Of a stretch of DNA of 64,000 bases, positions 30,182 to 40,602 are shown in pieces. The notes below the pieces were generated by a model. It was not told the DNA's origin. It ran no database searches and saw nothing but the letters and a program-made list of their open reading frames with translations. The stretch comes from Streptosporangiales bacterium (GTDB taxonomy: Bacteria > Actinomycetota > Actinomycetes > Streptosporangiales > WHSR01): NCBI GenBank assembly GCA_009379995.1, contig WHSR01000005.1, positions 41,429 to 105,428 on the forward strand, given 5' to 3'. The position numbers were made by a program, and so were the translations under genes. Every line of letters starts with the position of its first letter. Position 1 is the stretch's first letter.

Positions 30182-31351
30182 TCAGTCGTAGTTTGCGGCG
30201 TAGTCGCGGGCGAGCGACAGAACCTCGCGGACATACCACCAGGCGTGGTTGTAGTGCCAGATGGCGTTCGCCAGGGCGCCGCCTCCGCGACCCGCTCCGT
30301 TGGCGCACAGATACGCGGCGGCCGAGGGTACGGCGTCGTAGGGGTTCATGATGTCGGCGCGGTTGTCCCCGTCGCCGTCGACCCCGTACGCGGCCCAGGT
30401 GCCCGGCATGAACTGCATGGGTCCGAGGGCACCGGCGGTCGAGGGACCGTTGTTGCGCCCGTGCCCGCTTTCGATCTGGCCGATCGCCGCCAGCACCGTC
30501 CACGACAGCCCGGGGCACCGCGTGGCGGCCTGCTTGTAGAGGTCGAGGTAGGACCCGGGCTTCCCGCGCGGCGCTGCCTCGGTGGGCAGGCCGCCGGGCG
30601 CGGCCTCTCCCCGCAGCGGGATAATCTGCGCCCCCTTGCCGAGCAGCTCGCGGAGGGCAGTGGTCAGGTCGTTCATGTCCGTTCCGGGCGCGTTGACAAG
30701 CACGCCGAGGTCGCGGACCAGTCCGAGCCGCTGGCTGGTCCGCTTGCTCACCAACGCGTCGACGCCCGGCAGCCCCAACGAGGCGGCGGCGTCCAGCCGT
30801 ACCCGCGGGGCCTTGCGTCCCTCGATGTAATACGGCTCGCCGAGTTCGAGGTTCTGAGCGCGGCGAGCTTCGAACGACACCACGAACTGGTCGCGGGCGA
30901 GCGCCGTCCACAGCTCGGTAGCGGTGGCGGTGCTCGGAGGTGTCCACGCCCGGAACGTCGACGGGTCGACCCCGAAGACGTTGGCGAATCGCCCCCGCAG
31001 GCGGACGGCGCCGCCGTCGAAGGCCGTGACCTCGCGCACTCCTCGTACTCCGGAGATCTTCCGCAACGTCTTCGCGTCGAGGGGCTCCTGCGCGACCGCC
31101 AGGACGTCGGGCGGGACCACCCGGTTCAGCGGAGCGATCGCCATGGCCGGAGAGACCGGCACGATCCGGACCGGGTCCTGGGCGCCGTCGCTCGGTCCGG
31201 CCCCCCGGCCCCCCGGTCCCTTGCCCGCCGATGCCAGGCCCGTGTCGGGCGAGGAGAGGACGATCACGGCGCCACCGGCCACCGTTCCGGCGATCATCAG
31301 CGCGAGGCCGCCTACCAGGATCGGGAACGCGCGACGCCGGATCCCTTTCAT
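30182..31351 (-). CDS. Membrane-anchored lytic transglycosylase (SLT domain) with an extra central domain
   Basis: N-terminal TM/signal; [29 protein letters not shown]. Confidence 0.85.
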   Translation of the reverse strand: MKGIRRRAFPILVGGLALMIAGTVAGGAVIVLSSPDTGLASAGKGPGGRGAGPSDGAQDPVRIVPVSPAMAIAPLNRVVPPDVLAVAQEPLDAKTLRKISGVRGVREVTAFDGGAVRLRGRFANVFGVDPSTFRAWTPPSTATATELWTALARDQFVVSFEARRAQNLELGEPYYIEGRKAPRVRLDAAASLGLPGVDALVSKRTSQRLGLVRDLGVLVNAPGTDMNDLTTALRELLGKGAQIIPLRGEAAPGGLPTEAAPRGKPGSYLDLYKQAATRCPGLSWTVLAAIGQIESGHGRNNGPSTAGALGPMQFMPGTWAAYGVDGDGDNRADIMNPYDAVPSAAAYLCANGAGRGGGALANAIWHYNHAWWYVREVLSLARDYAANYD

Positions 31352-31469
31352 GGCAGGTCCAACGAGCGTGAGGCCCCATGGTTACCGAGACGGTCGCCAC
31401 CGCCGGAAAAAGGACTTGTCGCGCCCAGTACGGTCATACCGGATCAATAAGAAACGAGCGGGGAGCCTT

Positions 31470-32690
31470 GTGTCCAGCCCCTACCGCGAACTGTTCGCTA
31501 TGCCGGGGACGCGGGGGTTCGTGGTAGCCGGCTTCCTCGCACGGGTGTCGATGTCCATGAACGGGCTGGGCATCGTGTTGCTGCTCTCCGAGGTCACCGG
31601 CTCGTACGGGGTCGCCGGCGCCGTCGCGGCGACGGAGGCGCTGGCTACCGCCGTCGCCGCACCGCAGATCGGCCGGATCGTCGACCGCCACGGCCAGCGC
31701 CGCGTGCTGCTGCCAGTCGCCGGGGTGCACGGCGCGGCCCTGGCCGCGCTCATGGTTTGTGCCGAACTCGGTGCGGCGTACTGGACGCTGTTCCTCGCGG
31801 CCGCGGTCGCGGGCGTCGCCTACCCCGTCGTCGGGGCGCTCGTCCGGGTCCGCTGGAGCCACCTGCTGGGCGGCGGCCGGCGGCTGGAGACCGCGTTCTC
31901 CCTCGAATCCGTCCTCGACGAGGTCGTCTTCGTGACCGGACCGGTTGTGGTAACGGTGCTCGCCACCCAGGTGCACCGGCTGTCCGGCCTTTCCGTTGCC
32001 GGGCTGTTGACGGTGACGGGCTCGGTGGCGTTCGCATTGCAGCGCCGTACCGAGCCGCCCGCCGGCCGCCGGAGCGCGGGCAGCGGCCGCACAGTGATCG
32101 GGACCCCGGGGTTCGCCCCGCTCACCTTGGTGTTCTTGGGGATGGGCACGGTGTTCGGCTCGCTAGAGGTGACGGTGGTGGCGTTCTCCGAGGAGCAGGA
32201 CGCACGGGCCGCCGCAGGAGCGGTGCTGGGCCTGCAGGCCCTCGGCAGCCTGGTGGCCGGGCTCGCGTACGGCGCCCGGCATTGGAGCACACCCATCGAC
32301 CGCCGATTCCGCATCGGGCTGCTGGGTTTCGCCGCCGGTCTGCTGCCGCTGGTGCTGATGCCGAACGTGCCGGCCCTGGCGGTGGTGATCTTCCTCGGCG
32401 GCATCGCGATCTCCCCCACTCTCATCCCCGGGTTCGGGCTGATCGAGCGCCTGGTGCCGCCGCACGCGCGGAACGAGGGTTTCGCGTGGGTGACCACGGC
32501 GATCGGCGTCGGGTTGGCCGCGGGCGCGCCGATCGCCGGCCGGGTGGTGGACGCCGCGGGCGGACGCCCGGCGTTTCTTGTCCCCGTAGCCGCCGGGCTG
32601 CTCGCGGCGCTCGTCGGCGTGATGGCATCCAGGCGGCTGAAACTCGGTCCGCCCCATCGGCCGGTGGACGCCGACAACGAGCCGGAATAA
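31470..32690 (+). CDS. MFS transporter
   Basis: About 12 TM helices, GRIVDRHGQRR motif A, ESVLDEVVFVTGP. Confidence 0.88.
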   Translation: MSSPYRELFAMPGTRGFVVAGFLARVSMSMNGLGIVLLLSEVTGSYGVAGAVAATEALATAVAAPQIGRIVDRHGQRRVLLPVAGVHGAALAALMVCAELGAAYWTLFLAAAVAGVAYPVVGALVRVRWSHLLGGGRRLETAFSLESVLDEVVFVTGPVVVTVLATQVHRLSGLSVAGLLTVTGSVAFALQRRTEPPAGRRSAGSGRTVIGTPGFAPLTLVFLGMGTVFGSLEVTVVAFSEEQDARAAAGAVLGLQALGSLVAGLAYGARHWSTPIDRRFRIGLLGFAAGLLPLVLMPNVPALAVVIFLGGIAISPTLIPGFGLIERLVPPHARNEGFAWVTTAIGVGLAAGAPIAGRVVDAAGGRPAFLVPVAAGLLAALVGVMASRRLKLGPPHRPVDADNEPE

Positions 32691-32862
32691 CTGCCATAAG
32701 TCGGGCTAAACGCCCACGTCCTGCGACAAGTTCGCGACACGCCGTCACAGTTGCCGCTATGGTTAGCCACCCGTGGACGTGTGCGGTGGCCGACCCGGAC
32801 CGCCGGGGGCACTCAACCGGATCCGTGATCGCCGCGCGAAGACCGGTAGATAGGGGAGCGCT

Positions 32863-34020
32863 GTGAAGAAGCTCACGGTTGGCCTTGCCGTGGCCCTGCC
32901 TCTGTTCGCGGCCGCCGCCATTCCGGCCGCTGCCACGACCATCGAGGTGGGACCGAAGATCGAGATCCGGGATGGGTCCGTCAAGGCCCCGAGCGACGCG
33001 AAGGCGGCCCGCCCGTACATCGTGACCTTGAGCGAGGACGCCGACCCGCTGGGCGTCACCAACCTTCTCGGCGTGTCCGCCACGCAGGTCTTCGACAATG
33101 CCCTGCTCGGCTTCGCCGCACGGCTCACCGAGGATCAGGTGGCGCTCCTGCGCGGCCTACCTAGTGTGCTCGCCATCGAGCGCGACCACCGGGTACGGAC
33201 CGCCGAGGTCGACTGGGGCCTGGACCGGCTCGACCAGCGCTCCCTCCCGCTCGACGGCCGGTACAGCGCCTTGGGTGACGGAGCGGGCGTCACGGCCTAC
33301 CTGATCGACAGCGGCATCGATCCCTCCGTCGCGGACCTCCAGGGGCGCGCGAGGAACGTCTTCGACGCTCTCGGTGACGATGGTCGGGACTGCAACGGCC
33401 ACGGCACCCATGTCGCCGGAATCGTCGGTGGCGCGGAGTACGGGGTCGCGAAGGCGACCAAGCTCCGCGGGCTCCGCGTGCTCGACTGCAACGGTGAGGG
33501 CTGGACCTCGGATGTCATCGCCGCCCTCGACTGGATCGCCGGCAACGCCCGCAAGCCGGCGGTCGCCAACCTCTCCCTCAGCGGACCGCGTTCGAAGGCC
33601 CTGAACAACACGGCACGCCAGGTGGTGAGGTCGGGCGTGTACCTGACGGTGGCGGCCGGCAACAACAGCAAGAACGCCTGCACGGAGTCCCCGGCCAGCA
33701 CGCGCAACGTGCTCACCGTCGCGGCAACCGACCAGTACGACTACGCCGCGGACTTCTCGAACTACGGCAGGTGCGTCGACCTCTACGCACCGGGCGACGC
33801 CATCACCTCCGACTGGGTCGGTGGCGGCACCCAGGTAATGAGCGGGACCTCCATGGCCGCCCCGCACGCCGTCGGGGCCGCCGCTCTCTACAAGAGCACC
33901 TGGGGCGATGCGAGCGCCGCGGAGATCACCGAGTGGATCCTGAGCAGCGCCACCGAGGACACGGTCGTCGACAATCCGGCGGGCACTCCCGACCGCCTTC
34001 TCAACGTGGACAGCATGTGA
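32863..34020 (+). CDS. Secreted S8 serine protease (aqualysin/proteinase K-like) with I9 propeptide
   Basis: Signal peptide; catalytic triad in IDSG, HGTH and GTSMA. Confidence 0.93.
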   Translation: MKKLTVGLAVALPLFAAAAIPAAATTIEVGPKIEIRDGSVKAPSDAKAARPYIVTLSEDADPLGVTNLLGVSATQVFDNALLGFAARLTEDQVALLRGLPSVLAIERDHRVRTAEVDWGLDRLDQRSLPLDGRYSALGDGAGVTAYLIDSGIDPSVADLQGRARNVFDALGDDGRDCNGHGTHVAGIVGGAEYGVAKATKLRGLRVLDCNGEGWTSDVIAALDWIAGNARKPAVANLSLSGPRSKALNNTARQVVRSGVYLTVAAGNNSKNACTESPASTRNVLTVAATDQYDYAADFSNYGRCVDLYAPGDAITSDWVGGGTQVMSGTSMAAPHAVGAAALYKSTWGDASAAEITEWILSSATEDTVVDNPAGTPDRLLNVDSM

Positions 34021-34167
34021 TCCGCTGAGATCCGGACATGCCGGGCGCGATGCTGGCGGTAGACGGGTCCGACACGAGACACTCGGACGCCGGGGGAGAT
34101 ACGGTCATGCGCCTCGGTCAGCCCGCAGCATCCGCGCGGGTGCGGCCTACGGCACGAAGGGACGCTC

Positions 34168-35001
34168 ATGCAGGAGCTCCGCCTCGTGGCAGTGAGCGAG
34201 GACGGTCGGTACCTCGTGTTGGCCACGGCTGGCCGGGGCACCCGTTTCACCCTGCCCATCGACGAGCGCCTTCGAACCGCGGTGCGCGGCCAGTTCTCCC
34301 GTCTCGGCCAGCACGAGATCGAAGTGGAGAACCCTTTGCGACCCAAGGAGATCCAGGCTCGGATACGCGCCGGGGACACGGCGGAGGACATCGCGGAGGC
34401 CGCGGGCATCCCGGTCGAACGCGTTCGCTGGTTCGAGGGACCGGTGCTTCAGGAACGCCAGTACATGGCGCAGCAGGCACAGCGCGTACCGGTGCGGCGC
34501 GCCAACGACTCGACTCCGGGGCCGCCGCTGGGCGAGGTCGTCGAGGAGCGTATCCGCAGCCTCAACGTCGATCCGGAGGACGCGGCGTGGGATTCCCGGA
34601 AGCGTGAGGACGGCACCTGGAGGGTGCAGGTGGAGTTCCAGCTCGCCGCGGAACGGCAGTCGGCCGAGTGGAGCTTCGACCCGCAGCGCAGGCACGTCAC
34701 CCCGCTCGACGACCAGGCGGCGCGGCTGTCGTCGATCGACCCGATCCCGGCCGGAGACACGGTGACCCCCCTGACGCCGCGCCGGGCGCCTGCGCAGGAG
34801 CAGGCACCCGCACGCGAGCAGCAGCCGACGACGGTCAGGGGCGCGCAGCAGGAGGAGGAGCCCGCCCAGGAGGAGGCCCCTCCTGCCGCCGCGCCGCAGC
34901 CGGAGCAGCGGCCGGCCCGCAGGGCGGCCGGCGGACGCGGTCGCCGCGCGTCCGTGCCTTCCTGGGACGAGATCATGTTCGGCGCCCGCCGACGCGACTA
35001 G
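34168..35001 (+). CDS. sepH: Septation protein SepH (DUF3071)
   Basis: MQELRLVAVSEDG, LRPKEIQARIRAG, RASVPSWDEIMFG. Confidence 0.9.
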   Translation: MQELRLVAVSEDGRYLVLATAGRGTRFTLPIDERLRTAVRGQFSRLGQHEIEVENPLRPKEIQARIRAGDTAEDIAEAAGIPVERVRWFEGPVLQERQYMAQQAQRVPVRRANDSTPGPPLGEVVEERIRSLNVDPEDAAWDSRKREDGTWRVQVEFQLAAERQSAEWSFDPQRRHVTPLDDQAARLSSIDPIPAGDTVTPLTPRRAPAQEQAPAREQQPTTVRGAQQEEEPAQEEAPPAAAPQPEQRPARRAAGGRGRRASVPSWDEIMFGARRRD

Positions 35002-35016
35002 CGCGCTCCCTTGGCC

Positions 35017-35068
35017 GTGATCTTGCAGAAATTCAAAGCGGCGAGAATTTGAATTTCTGCAAGATCAC
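35017..35068. repeat. Palindromic REP/MITE-like element, copy 4
   Basis: GTGATCTTGCAGAAATTCAA-agcggcgagaat-TTGAATTTCTGCAAGATCAC; outer TGGCC/GGCCA; between convergent genes. Confidence 0.9.
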
Positions 35069-35085
35069 GGCCACAGGTTGGAGGG

Positions 35086-35748
35086 CTACCGCACCAGGCG
35101 AATGTTGATCGGGTAGCGGAACTCGTTGCCCAGAAGCGAAGCGGCGCCGCCGGCAAGCATGAAGATCATCCATACGAGCATCAGCGGCGCGAAGGCCACG
35201 GCGTAGAGAATCCCCCCGAGACCCAGAGTGACCGCGGCCCCGATGATCGCGAGAACGTGCACGAGCAGGAAAGTGAGCTGGAAGTTCACCGCCTCGGCCG
35301 ACTGGCGACGGACGAAGGGTGACTCCCTGCCCTTGGTGAGCAGGATCACCAGCGGACCGGCGAAGCTAGTGGCGAGGCCGAGCACGTGGCCGAGCATCGC
35401 CCAGCCCCTCTCCCCCGCCGTCGGGCGATAGACCGCCGGACGATACGCAGTCGAAGGATAGGTAGGGACCCGATACACGGGAGCCGCCGACGGCTCCTCG
35501 AGATCGGTCAGCAGCGGGGCCAGCTCGGGCTGGGTGCGCGCGACAAGGGCCTGCTGCACCCGCAGGCTGAACTCTCGCTGATCCAGCCGACCCTCCACGA
35601 ACGCGGTCTTCAGCCGCTCGACGACGCGCTCGCGCTCGGCGTCGGTGACCCGCGGGAACGCGGGGCGAGGCGGTGTGGGAGGTTGACGCGCGTGCCGCGT
35701 CGTGCCGGAGACGCGAGAAGGTTGCGGAGGATACGGAGCGGCCACCAC
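35086..35748 (-). CDS. DUF1707 (SHOCT-like) plus DUF4870 membrane protein
   Basis: RVTDAERE..L..AFVEGRL...LTDL; WAMLGH, FVRRQSAEAVNFQ, FRYP. Confidence 0.82.
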   Translation of the reverse strand: MVAAPYPPQPSRVSGTTRHARQPPTPPRPAFPRVTDAERERVVERLKTAFVEGRLDQREFSLRVQQALVARTQPELAPLLTDLEEPSAAPVYRVPTYPSTAYRPAVYRPTAGERGWAMLGHVLGLATSFAGPLVILLTKGRESPFVRRQSAEAVNFQLTFLLVHVLAIIGAAVTLGLGGILYAVAFAPLMLVWMIFMLAGGAASLLGNEFRYPINIRLVR

Positions 35749-35895
35749 GGCTCCCTTCGGTGGTCGGGCCGATCGGCCCCAGGCCTTTCCATACTGACCC
35801 GCGGCGGGCCCCGGATGGATCGGGGACAACCCTGGTTCGACCCTGAGAGCCGCCCGCGGCAGGACCGCCATCGCGTACCCCGTAGGGTCTTGGAC

Positions 35896-38001
35896 GTGAC
35901 TCGCCGTACCTTCCCCCCAGCCGAACGCCTCGATCTTGTCGAGGAGATCCACGGACACCGGGTGGCCGACCCGTACCGATGGCTCGAGGATCCCGAGAGC
36001 GACGAGACGAAGAAGTGGCTCGACGCCCAGGACGAGCTGTTCCGCACGGTGGCCGAGGAGCTGCCCGGGCGCGATCGGCTGCGGGAGCGGATCCGGCAGC
36101 TCATGGCCGCTGGGATGGTGAGCTCTCCGTCCTGGCGCGAAGGGCGCCAGTTCTTCCTGCGCCGCACCGCCGAGCAGGAGCTGGCCGTGCTCTACACCGT
36201 CGACCCGGACGGTGGAGCCGGTGACACCGCGGCGCCCCCGGCGGAACGCTGCCTGATCGATCCGCTGGCGCTCGACCCGGGCGGGACCACCACCCTCGAC
36301 TCCTGGCAGCCCTCCAAGGAGGGCCACCTGCTCGCCTACCAGCTTTCCCAGGGCGGGGACGAGGAGTCGATCCTGCGCGTGATGGACGTGTCGACCGGCG
36401 ACATCGTCGACGGGCCGATCGACCGTTGCAGGTACTCGCCCATCGCCTGGCTGCCCGGCGGCGAGGCGTTCTACTACGTGCGCAAGCTGCCGCCGGAACA
36501 GGTCCCGGAGGGCGAGGAGCAGTACCACCGCAGGGTGTACCTGCACCGGCTCGGCGCCCCGCCGGAAGAGGACGTGATGATCTTCGGGGAAGGGCGGGAC
36601 AAGACCGAGTACTACGGCGTCTCGGTCAGCCGCGACGGCCGTTGGCTCCTGCTCGGGGCGTCACGCGGCACCGCCCCACGCAACGATCTGTGGATCGCCG
36701 AGCTTTCCGCGTCCTCGCCCGAGCGCCCCGAGCTGCGAACCGTGCAGGAGGACGTCGACGCGCGTACCAGCGGGCACGTCGGCCGGGACGGGCGGTTCTA
36801 TCTTTTCACCGACCGCGACGCGCCCCGCGGCAGGCTCTGCGTCGCCGACCCCCTGACACCCGAGTACGAGTCCTGGCGCGAGCTCGTCCCGGAGGATCCA
36901 GCGGCCGTCCTCGAGGACTTCGCCATCCTGGACGGCCCGGAGCTGGAGCGTCCCGTGCTGCTCGCCGGCTGGACCCGGCACGCGGTGAGCGAGATCAGCG
37001 TCCACGACCTCCGGACAGGAGAACGGCTCGGGATGGTGCCGACGCCGGGGCTGGGCTCCATCGGCGGCATCGTTGAGCGGCCCGAGGGTGGGCACGAGGC
37101 GTGGTTCGGCTACACCGACCACACCACTCCCCCGACCGTCCAGCGCTACGACGCGCGGACCGGCGAGACCACCGTGTGGGCGACGCCGCCGGGAACCGTC
37201 GAGGTCCCGCGCATCGAGGCTCGCCAGCTCACCTACGCGTCCAAGGACGGCACCCCGGTCCGGATGTTCGTCATATCCCGCCCGGAGGAGACCGGTCCAC
37301 GGCCCACCATCCTCAGCGGCTACGGAGGGTTCGGCATCTCGATGACCCCCGGCTACTCCGGGTCGATCCTGGCCTGGGTGGAGGCCGGCGGTGTCTACGC
37401 GGTGGCCAACATCCGGGGCGGCGGCGAGGAAGGCGAGGAATGGCACCGCGCGGGCATGCTCGCCGGGAGGCAGAAGGTGTTCGACGACTTCCACTCGGCC
37501 GCCGAGCACCTCGTGCGGGAGGGCTGGACCAGCCCGGACCAGCTCGGCATCTCCGGAGGGAGCAACGGCGGCCTCCTGGTCGGCGTCGCCTTGACACAGC
37601 ACCCCTCGCAGTACGCGGCAGTGGTGTGCAGTGCTCCGCTCCTCGACATGGTCCGCTACGAGCGGTTCGGACTCGGGGCGCTGTGGCAGGCCGAGTACGG
37701 CACCGTCGAGGATCCTGAGCAGTTCGGCTGGCTCCTTTCGTACTCGCCGTACCACCACGTGCGCGAGGGTGTCGGTTATCCGCCGGTCCTGTTCACGGTG
37801 TTCGACAGCGACTCCCGGGTGGACCAGCTGCACGCCCGCAAGATGTGTGCCGCCCTGCAGCACGCGACCTCCGGCGACGGGCCGATACTGCTGCGCCGCG
37901 AGTCCCAGGTGGGCCACGGCGCACGGGCGGTCAGCCGTTCGATCGACCTGGCCGTCGACATGCTGTCCTTCGTGGCCGTGCATACCGGCCACGCCCTTTG
38001 A
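35896..38001 (+). CDS. Prolyl oligopeptidase (S9A)
   Basis: DPYRWLED, GYGGF, GGSNGGLL, DSRV, GHG. Confidence 0.94.
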   Translation: MTRRTFPPAERLDLVEEIHGHRVADPYRWLEDPESDETKKWLDAQDELFRTVAEELPGRDRLRERIRQLMAAGMVSSPSWREGRQFFLRRTAEQELAVLYTVDPDGGAGDTAAPPAERCLIDPLALDPGGTTTLDSWQPSKEGHLLAYQLSQGGDEESILRVMDVSTGDIVDGPIDRCRYSPIAWLPGGEAFYYVRKLPPEQVPEGEEQYHRRVYLHRLGAPPEEDVMIFGEGRDKTEYYGVSVSRDGRWLLLGASRGTAPRNDLWIAELSASSPERPELRTVQEDVDARTSGHVGRDGRFYLFTDRDAPRGRLCVADPLTPEYESWRELVPEDPAAVLEDFAILDGPELERPVLLAGWTRHAVSEISVHDLRTGERLGMVPTPGLGSIGGIVERPEGGHEAWFGYTDHTTPPTVQRYDARTGETTVWATPPGTVEVPRIEARQLTYASKDGTPVRMFVISRPEETGPRPTILSGYGGFGISMTPGYSGSILAWVEAGGVYAVANIRGGGEEGEEWHRAGMLAGRQKVFDDFHSAAEHLVREGWTSPDQLGISGGSNGGLLVGVALTQHPSQYAAVVCSAPLLDMVRYERFGLGALWQAEYGTVEDPEQFGWLLSYSPYHHVREGVGYPPVLFTVFDSDSRVDQLHARKMCAALQHATSGDGPILLRRESQVGHGARAVSRSIDLAVDMLSFVAVHTGHAL

Positions 38002-38007
38002 CCTTGC

Positions 38008-39531
38008 TCAGCGGGCGGCCGTCATCCCGAGGATCTCCCGGAAGTCCCGAGCCGCCGCGTGGTCAGGATGGAGCGAAGAGGCGTACGCGTCGAGCTGCCA
38101 CGCACGTCGGAGCACGATGTCGGTCCGATGCTCCGGCGGTAGGTCGAGCAGGATCGTGCCACCGATGCGCAGCGCCTCGTCGACGTCGCCCTCGTACAGC
38201 CGGCAGTTGGCATGGGCGAACCGGATCAGCGCACGATCCAACACCTCCGAGGACGGGTAGGCGGCCAGCGCGTGCGTCAGCAGCTGACCTGCCTGCATGG
38301 ACTCGCCAAGACCGGTCAGCGTGTCACCCTCGTGGAACAGCAGCTGGCGTTCGGTGTAGCCGAAGGCGGGGTCGCTGCAGTCGTCCGCGGACAGCCGCGA
38401 CAGGACGGAACGACCTCGGACCAGCGCCCGCCTGGCCTGCCTGGCCGCGTCGGTCCACCCCTTCCGGGCGAGCTGGGCCAGCGCCCGGGCCTCGACCACC
38501 GGCGCCATCGCCGCCGCCGAACTGGGCGTACGGCCGGCGAGCCCTCGGCTGCTGCGGGCCAGCTCCAGGGCCTCGATCGGATCGCCGTAGTAGAGCGGGA
38601 TGAAGGCCTCGCGAACGGTGACCCACGCACGCAGCGCGCGGTCACCGGTCTCGTCGGCGGCGATCCTGGCGGTTCGGAAGAGCGATCGCGCCAGCCTGCG
38701 GTCGCCCAGGTCGATCACGATGATCCCGCTGAGCCCGGCGAGCTGCGCGGCCACCCGGCACAGCCGCTCCTGCAGCTCGATCGGCTGGCGCTGCCCGCAC
38801 AGCCGCCGCGCCTCGCTGAGATCCAGCAGGATGTCGCAGAGCAGCCGGACCGGCGCCGTCCTCATGTACTGCCGGCCGTAGCCGTGCGCGGCATCCTCCC
38901 ACTGGCCCAGCATCGTCGGTGACACGGTGGCCCGGACGAGCGCATCTTCCATCCGGCCCCGGATGCGATCCACAGCGCCGAGGAACTCCCCCTCCACTGC
39001 CGAGCCCGTCCGGGTCAGGACCTGAAGCAGGATCCGCCGCAGCACGTCGTCGTCCCGCTCCTCCACGTCCGCCGCCTCGGCGGTCTGCTGGCTGGCCCGG
39101 GTGCCGTTGGGTTCCGGGGTGTCCGAGCCGAGCCGGCGCGGGGGCTCGTCCCTCGGCGCCCGATGGTCCTTGCCGCACAGACACGGCCCCTCGTAGCCGA
39201 GGTCCTCCGGGTTGGCCCGGTAGACGACACCCAGGTAGTGCAGGTACTCCGGGCCGGGCTTCTTGTGCCCGCTCTCGTAGGCGGACAGCAGGGTGTCGCC
39301 CAGCTTGGGCAGCGGCTTGCCCTCGCGTTCGTACAGCGCCCGGATGTGTTCGACGACGTCGGCGAGGGCCACCCCGTACGCGAGGCGGTAGGCCCGGATG
39401 CGGCTGGTGCCGAAGTCCGCGCGACAACGCTCGTGAATGGCACGCGCGATGTCGGCGGGCTGGTCGCACCGGGCAAGTCCTCGCGCTCGGATCAGCCGGA
39501 CAACCTCGAGCTCCGTGTGCTGGCCGCGCAT
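38008..39531 (-). CDS. XRE-HTH plus TPR-like transcriptional regulator (NsdA-like architecture)
   Basis: IRAYRLAYG, LSAYESGHKKPG, CLCG..H, helical repeat C-terminus; GGGAGG RBS. Confidence 0.78.
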   Translation of the reverse strand: MRGQHTELEVVRLIRARGLARCDQPADIARAIHERCRADFGTSRIRAYRLAYGVALADVVEHIRALYEREGKPLPKLGDTLLSAYESGHKKPGPEYLHYLGVVYRANPEDLGYEGPCLCGKDHRAPRDEPPRRLGSDTPEPNGTRASQQTAEAADVEERDDDVLRRILLQVLTRTGSAVEGEFLGAVDRIRGRMEDALVRATVSPTMLGQWEDAAHGYGRQYMRTAPVRLLCDILLDLSEARRLCGQRQPIELQERLCRVAAQLAGLSGIIVIDLGDRRLARSLFRTARIAADETGDRALRAWVTVREAFIPLYYGDPIEALELARSSRGLAGRTPSSAAAMAPVVEARALAQLARKGWTDAARQARRALVRGRSVLSRLSADDCSDPAFGYTERQLLFHEGDTLTGLGESMQAGQLLTHALAAYPSSEVLDRALIRFAHANCRLYEGDVDEALRIGGTILLDLPPEHRTDIVLRRAWQLDAYASSLHPDHAAARDFREILGMTAAR

Positions 39532-39713
39532 GGCGGACCCTCCCCCCTCTGCAGCAGCACTATCCCCCGATTGCCGGAATGGTGGCGAACTGCTCACGCA
39601 ATGTAACGCCCGCGTGGGGGAGAGCCAACCGAAACGGCACAACTGCCGGCTACCAGGACCAGTCGGTCATCCGTCGACCACGCCGCGGGCCACGCGGTCG
39701 ACCAGGCCGCCGG

Positions 39714-40139
39714 TCAGACGAGCGCCGCGTCCAGCGTGATAGTCGTGCCCGCCAGAGCCTGGCTCACCGGGCAGTTCTCCTTGGCGCCGGTCGCGACCTT
39801 CTGGAAGTCCTCCGGGGACAACCCCGGCACTGTGGCCCGCACGACGAGGTGGATACCGGTGATTCCCTCGCCGGGTTGGAAGGTTACGTCGGCCCTCGTG
39901 TCGATGTTCTCCGGCCGGTGGCCGCCCTGGCCGAGGCCGTGCGAGAGCGCCATCGAAAAACACGTCGCATGTGCCGCCGCGATCAGCTCCTCCGGGCTGG
40001 TCTGGCCGTTCGGCTGCTCGGCACGGGACGGCCAGCTCACGTCGAAGCGTCCGATCCCCGAGGAGTCCAGCGACACGGTGCCTCGGCCGTCTGCGAGCGC
40101 GCCCTCCCAGTTTGCGTTCGCGGTACGCGTAGTGGCCAT
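39714..40139 (-). CDS. osmC: OsmC family peroxiredoxin
   Basis: [29 protein letters not shown]. Confidence 0.92.
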   Translation of the reverse strand: MATTRTANANWEGALADGRGTVSLDSSGIGRFDVSWPSRAEQPNGQTSPEELIAAAHATCFSMALSHGLGQGGHRPENIDTRADVTFQPGEGITGIHLVVRATVPGLSPEDFQKVATGAKENCPVSQALAGTTITLDAALV

Positions 40140-40176
40140 GGCGAAGGCTCCCTTCTCCGTCTGCGAAAATGAGGGC

Positions 40177-40593
40177 GTGAACGAACAGCGGCGCGTCACG
40201 TTCTACGAGGCGGTGGGCGGCGAGGAGACCTTCCATCGCCTCGTTCATCGTTTCTACCAGGGTGTCGCGGGCGATCCGCTGCTGCGTCGGCTTTATCCCG
40301 AAGATGATCTCAGCTCGGCCGAGGAGAAGTTGCGGCTTTTCCTCATCCAGTACTGGGGCGGGCCGCACACCTACAGCGAGCGCCGCGGCCATCCGCGGCT
40401 CCGCATGCGTCACGCACCCTTCCCCGTCGGGGAGGCCGAGCGCGACGCCTGGCTGCACCACATGCGGGTCGCCCTGGACGAGCTCGAGTTGGACGAGCCG
40501 TACGACCAGATGCTGTGGGAGTACCTTGTCGGGGCCGCACACAGCCTGGTCAACACCGAGGTGTCGCACGGCCGTCAGCTTCCGCTCCGCTGA
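40177..40593 (+). CDS. glbO: Group II truncated hemoglobin
   Basis: [29 protein letters not shown]. Confidence 0.92.
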   Translation: MNEQRRVTFYEAVGGEETFHRLVHRFYQGVAGDPLLRRLYPEDDLSSAEEKLRLFLIQYWGGPHTYSERRGHPRLRMRHAPFPVGEAERDAWLHHMRVALDELELDEPYDQMLWEYLVGAAHSLVNTEVSHGRQLPLR

Positions 40594-40602
40594 CCACGGA
40601 GA

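Noticed and set aside
25425-31400. Very long ORFs (626, 660, 964 and 775 aa) suggesting fusions
   Set aside because: The N-terminal extensions are Arg/Gly/Pro-rich off-frame readings of upstream genes. Real starts are 26219, 27025, 29076 and 30128.
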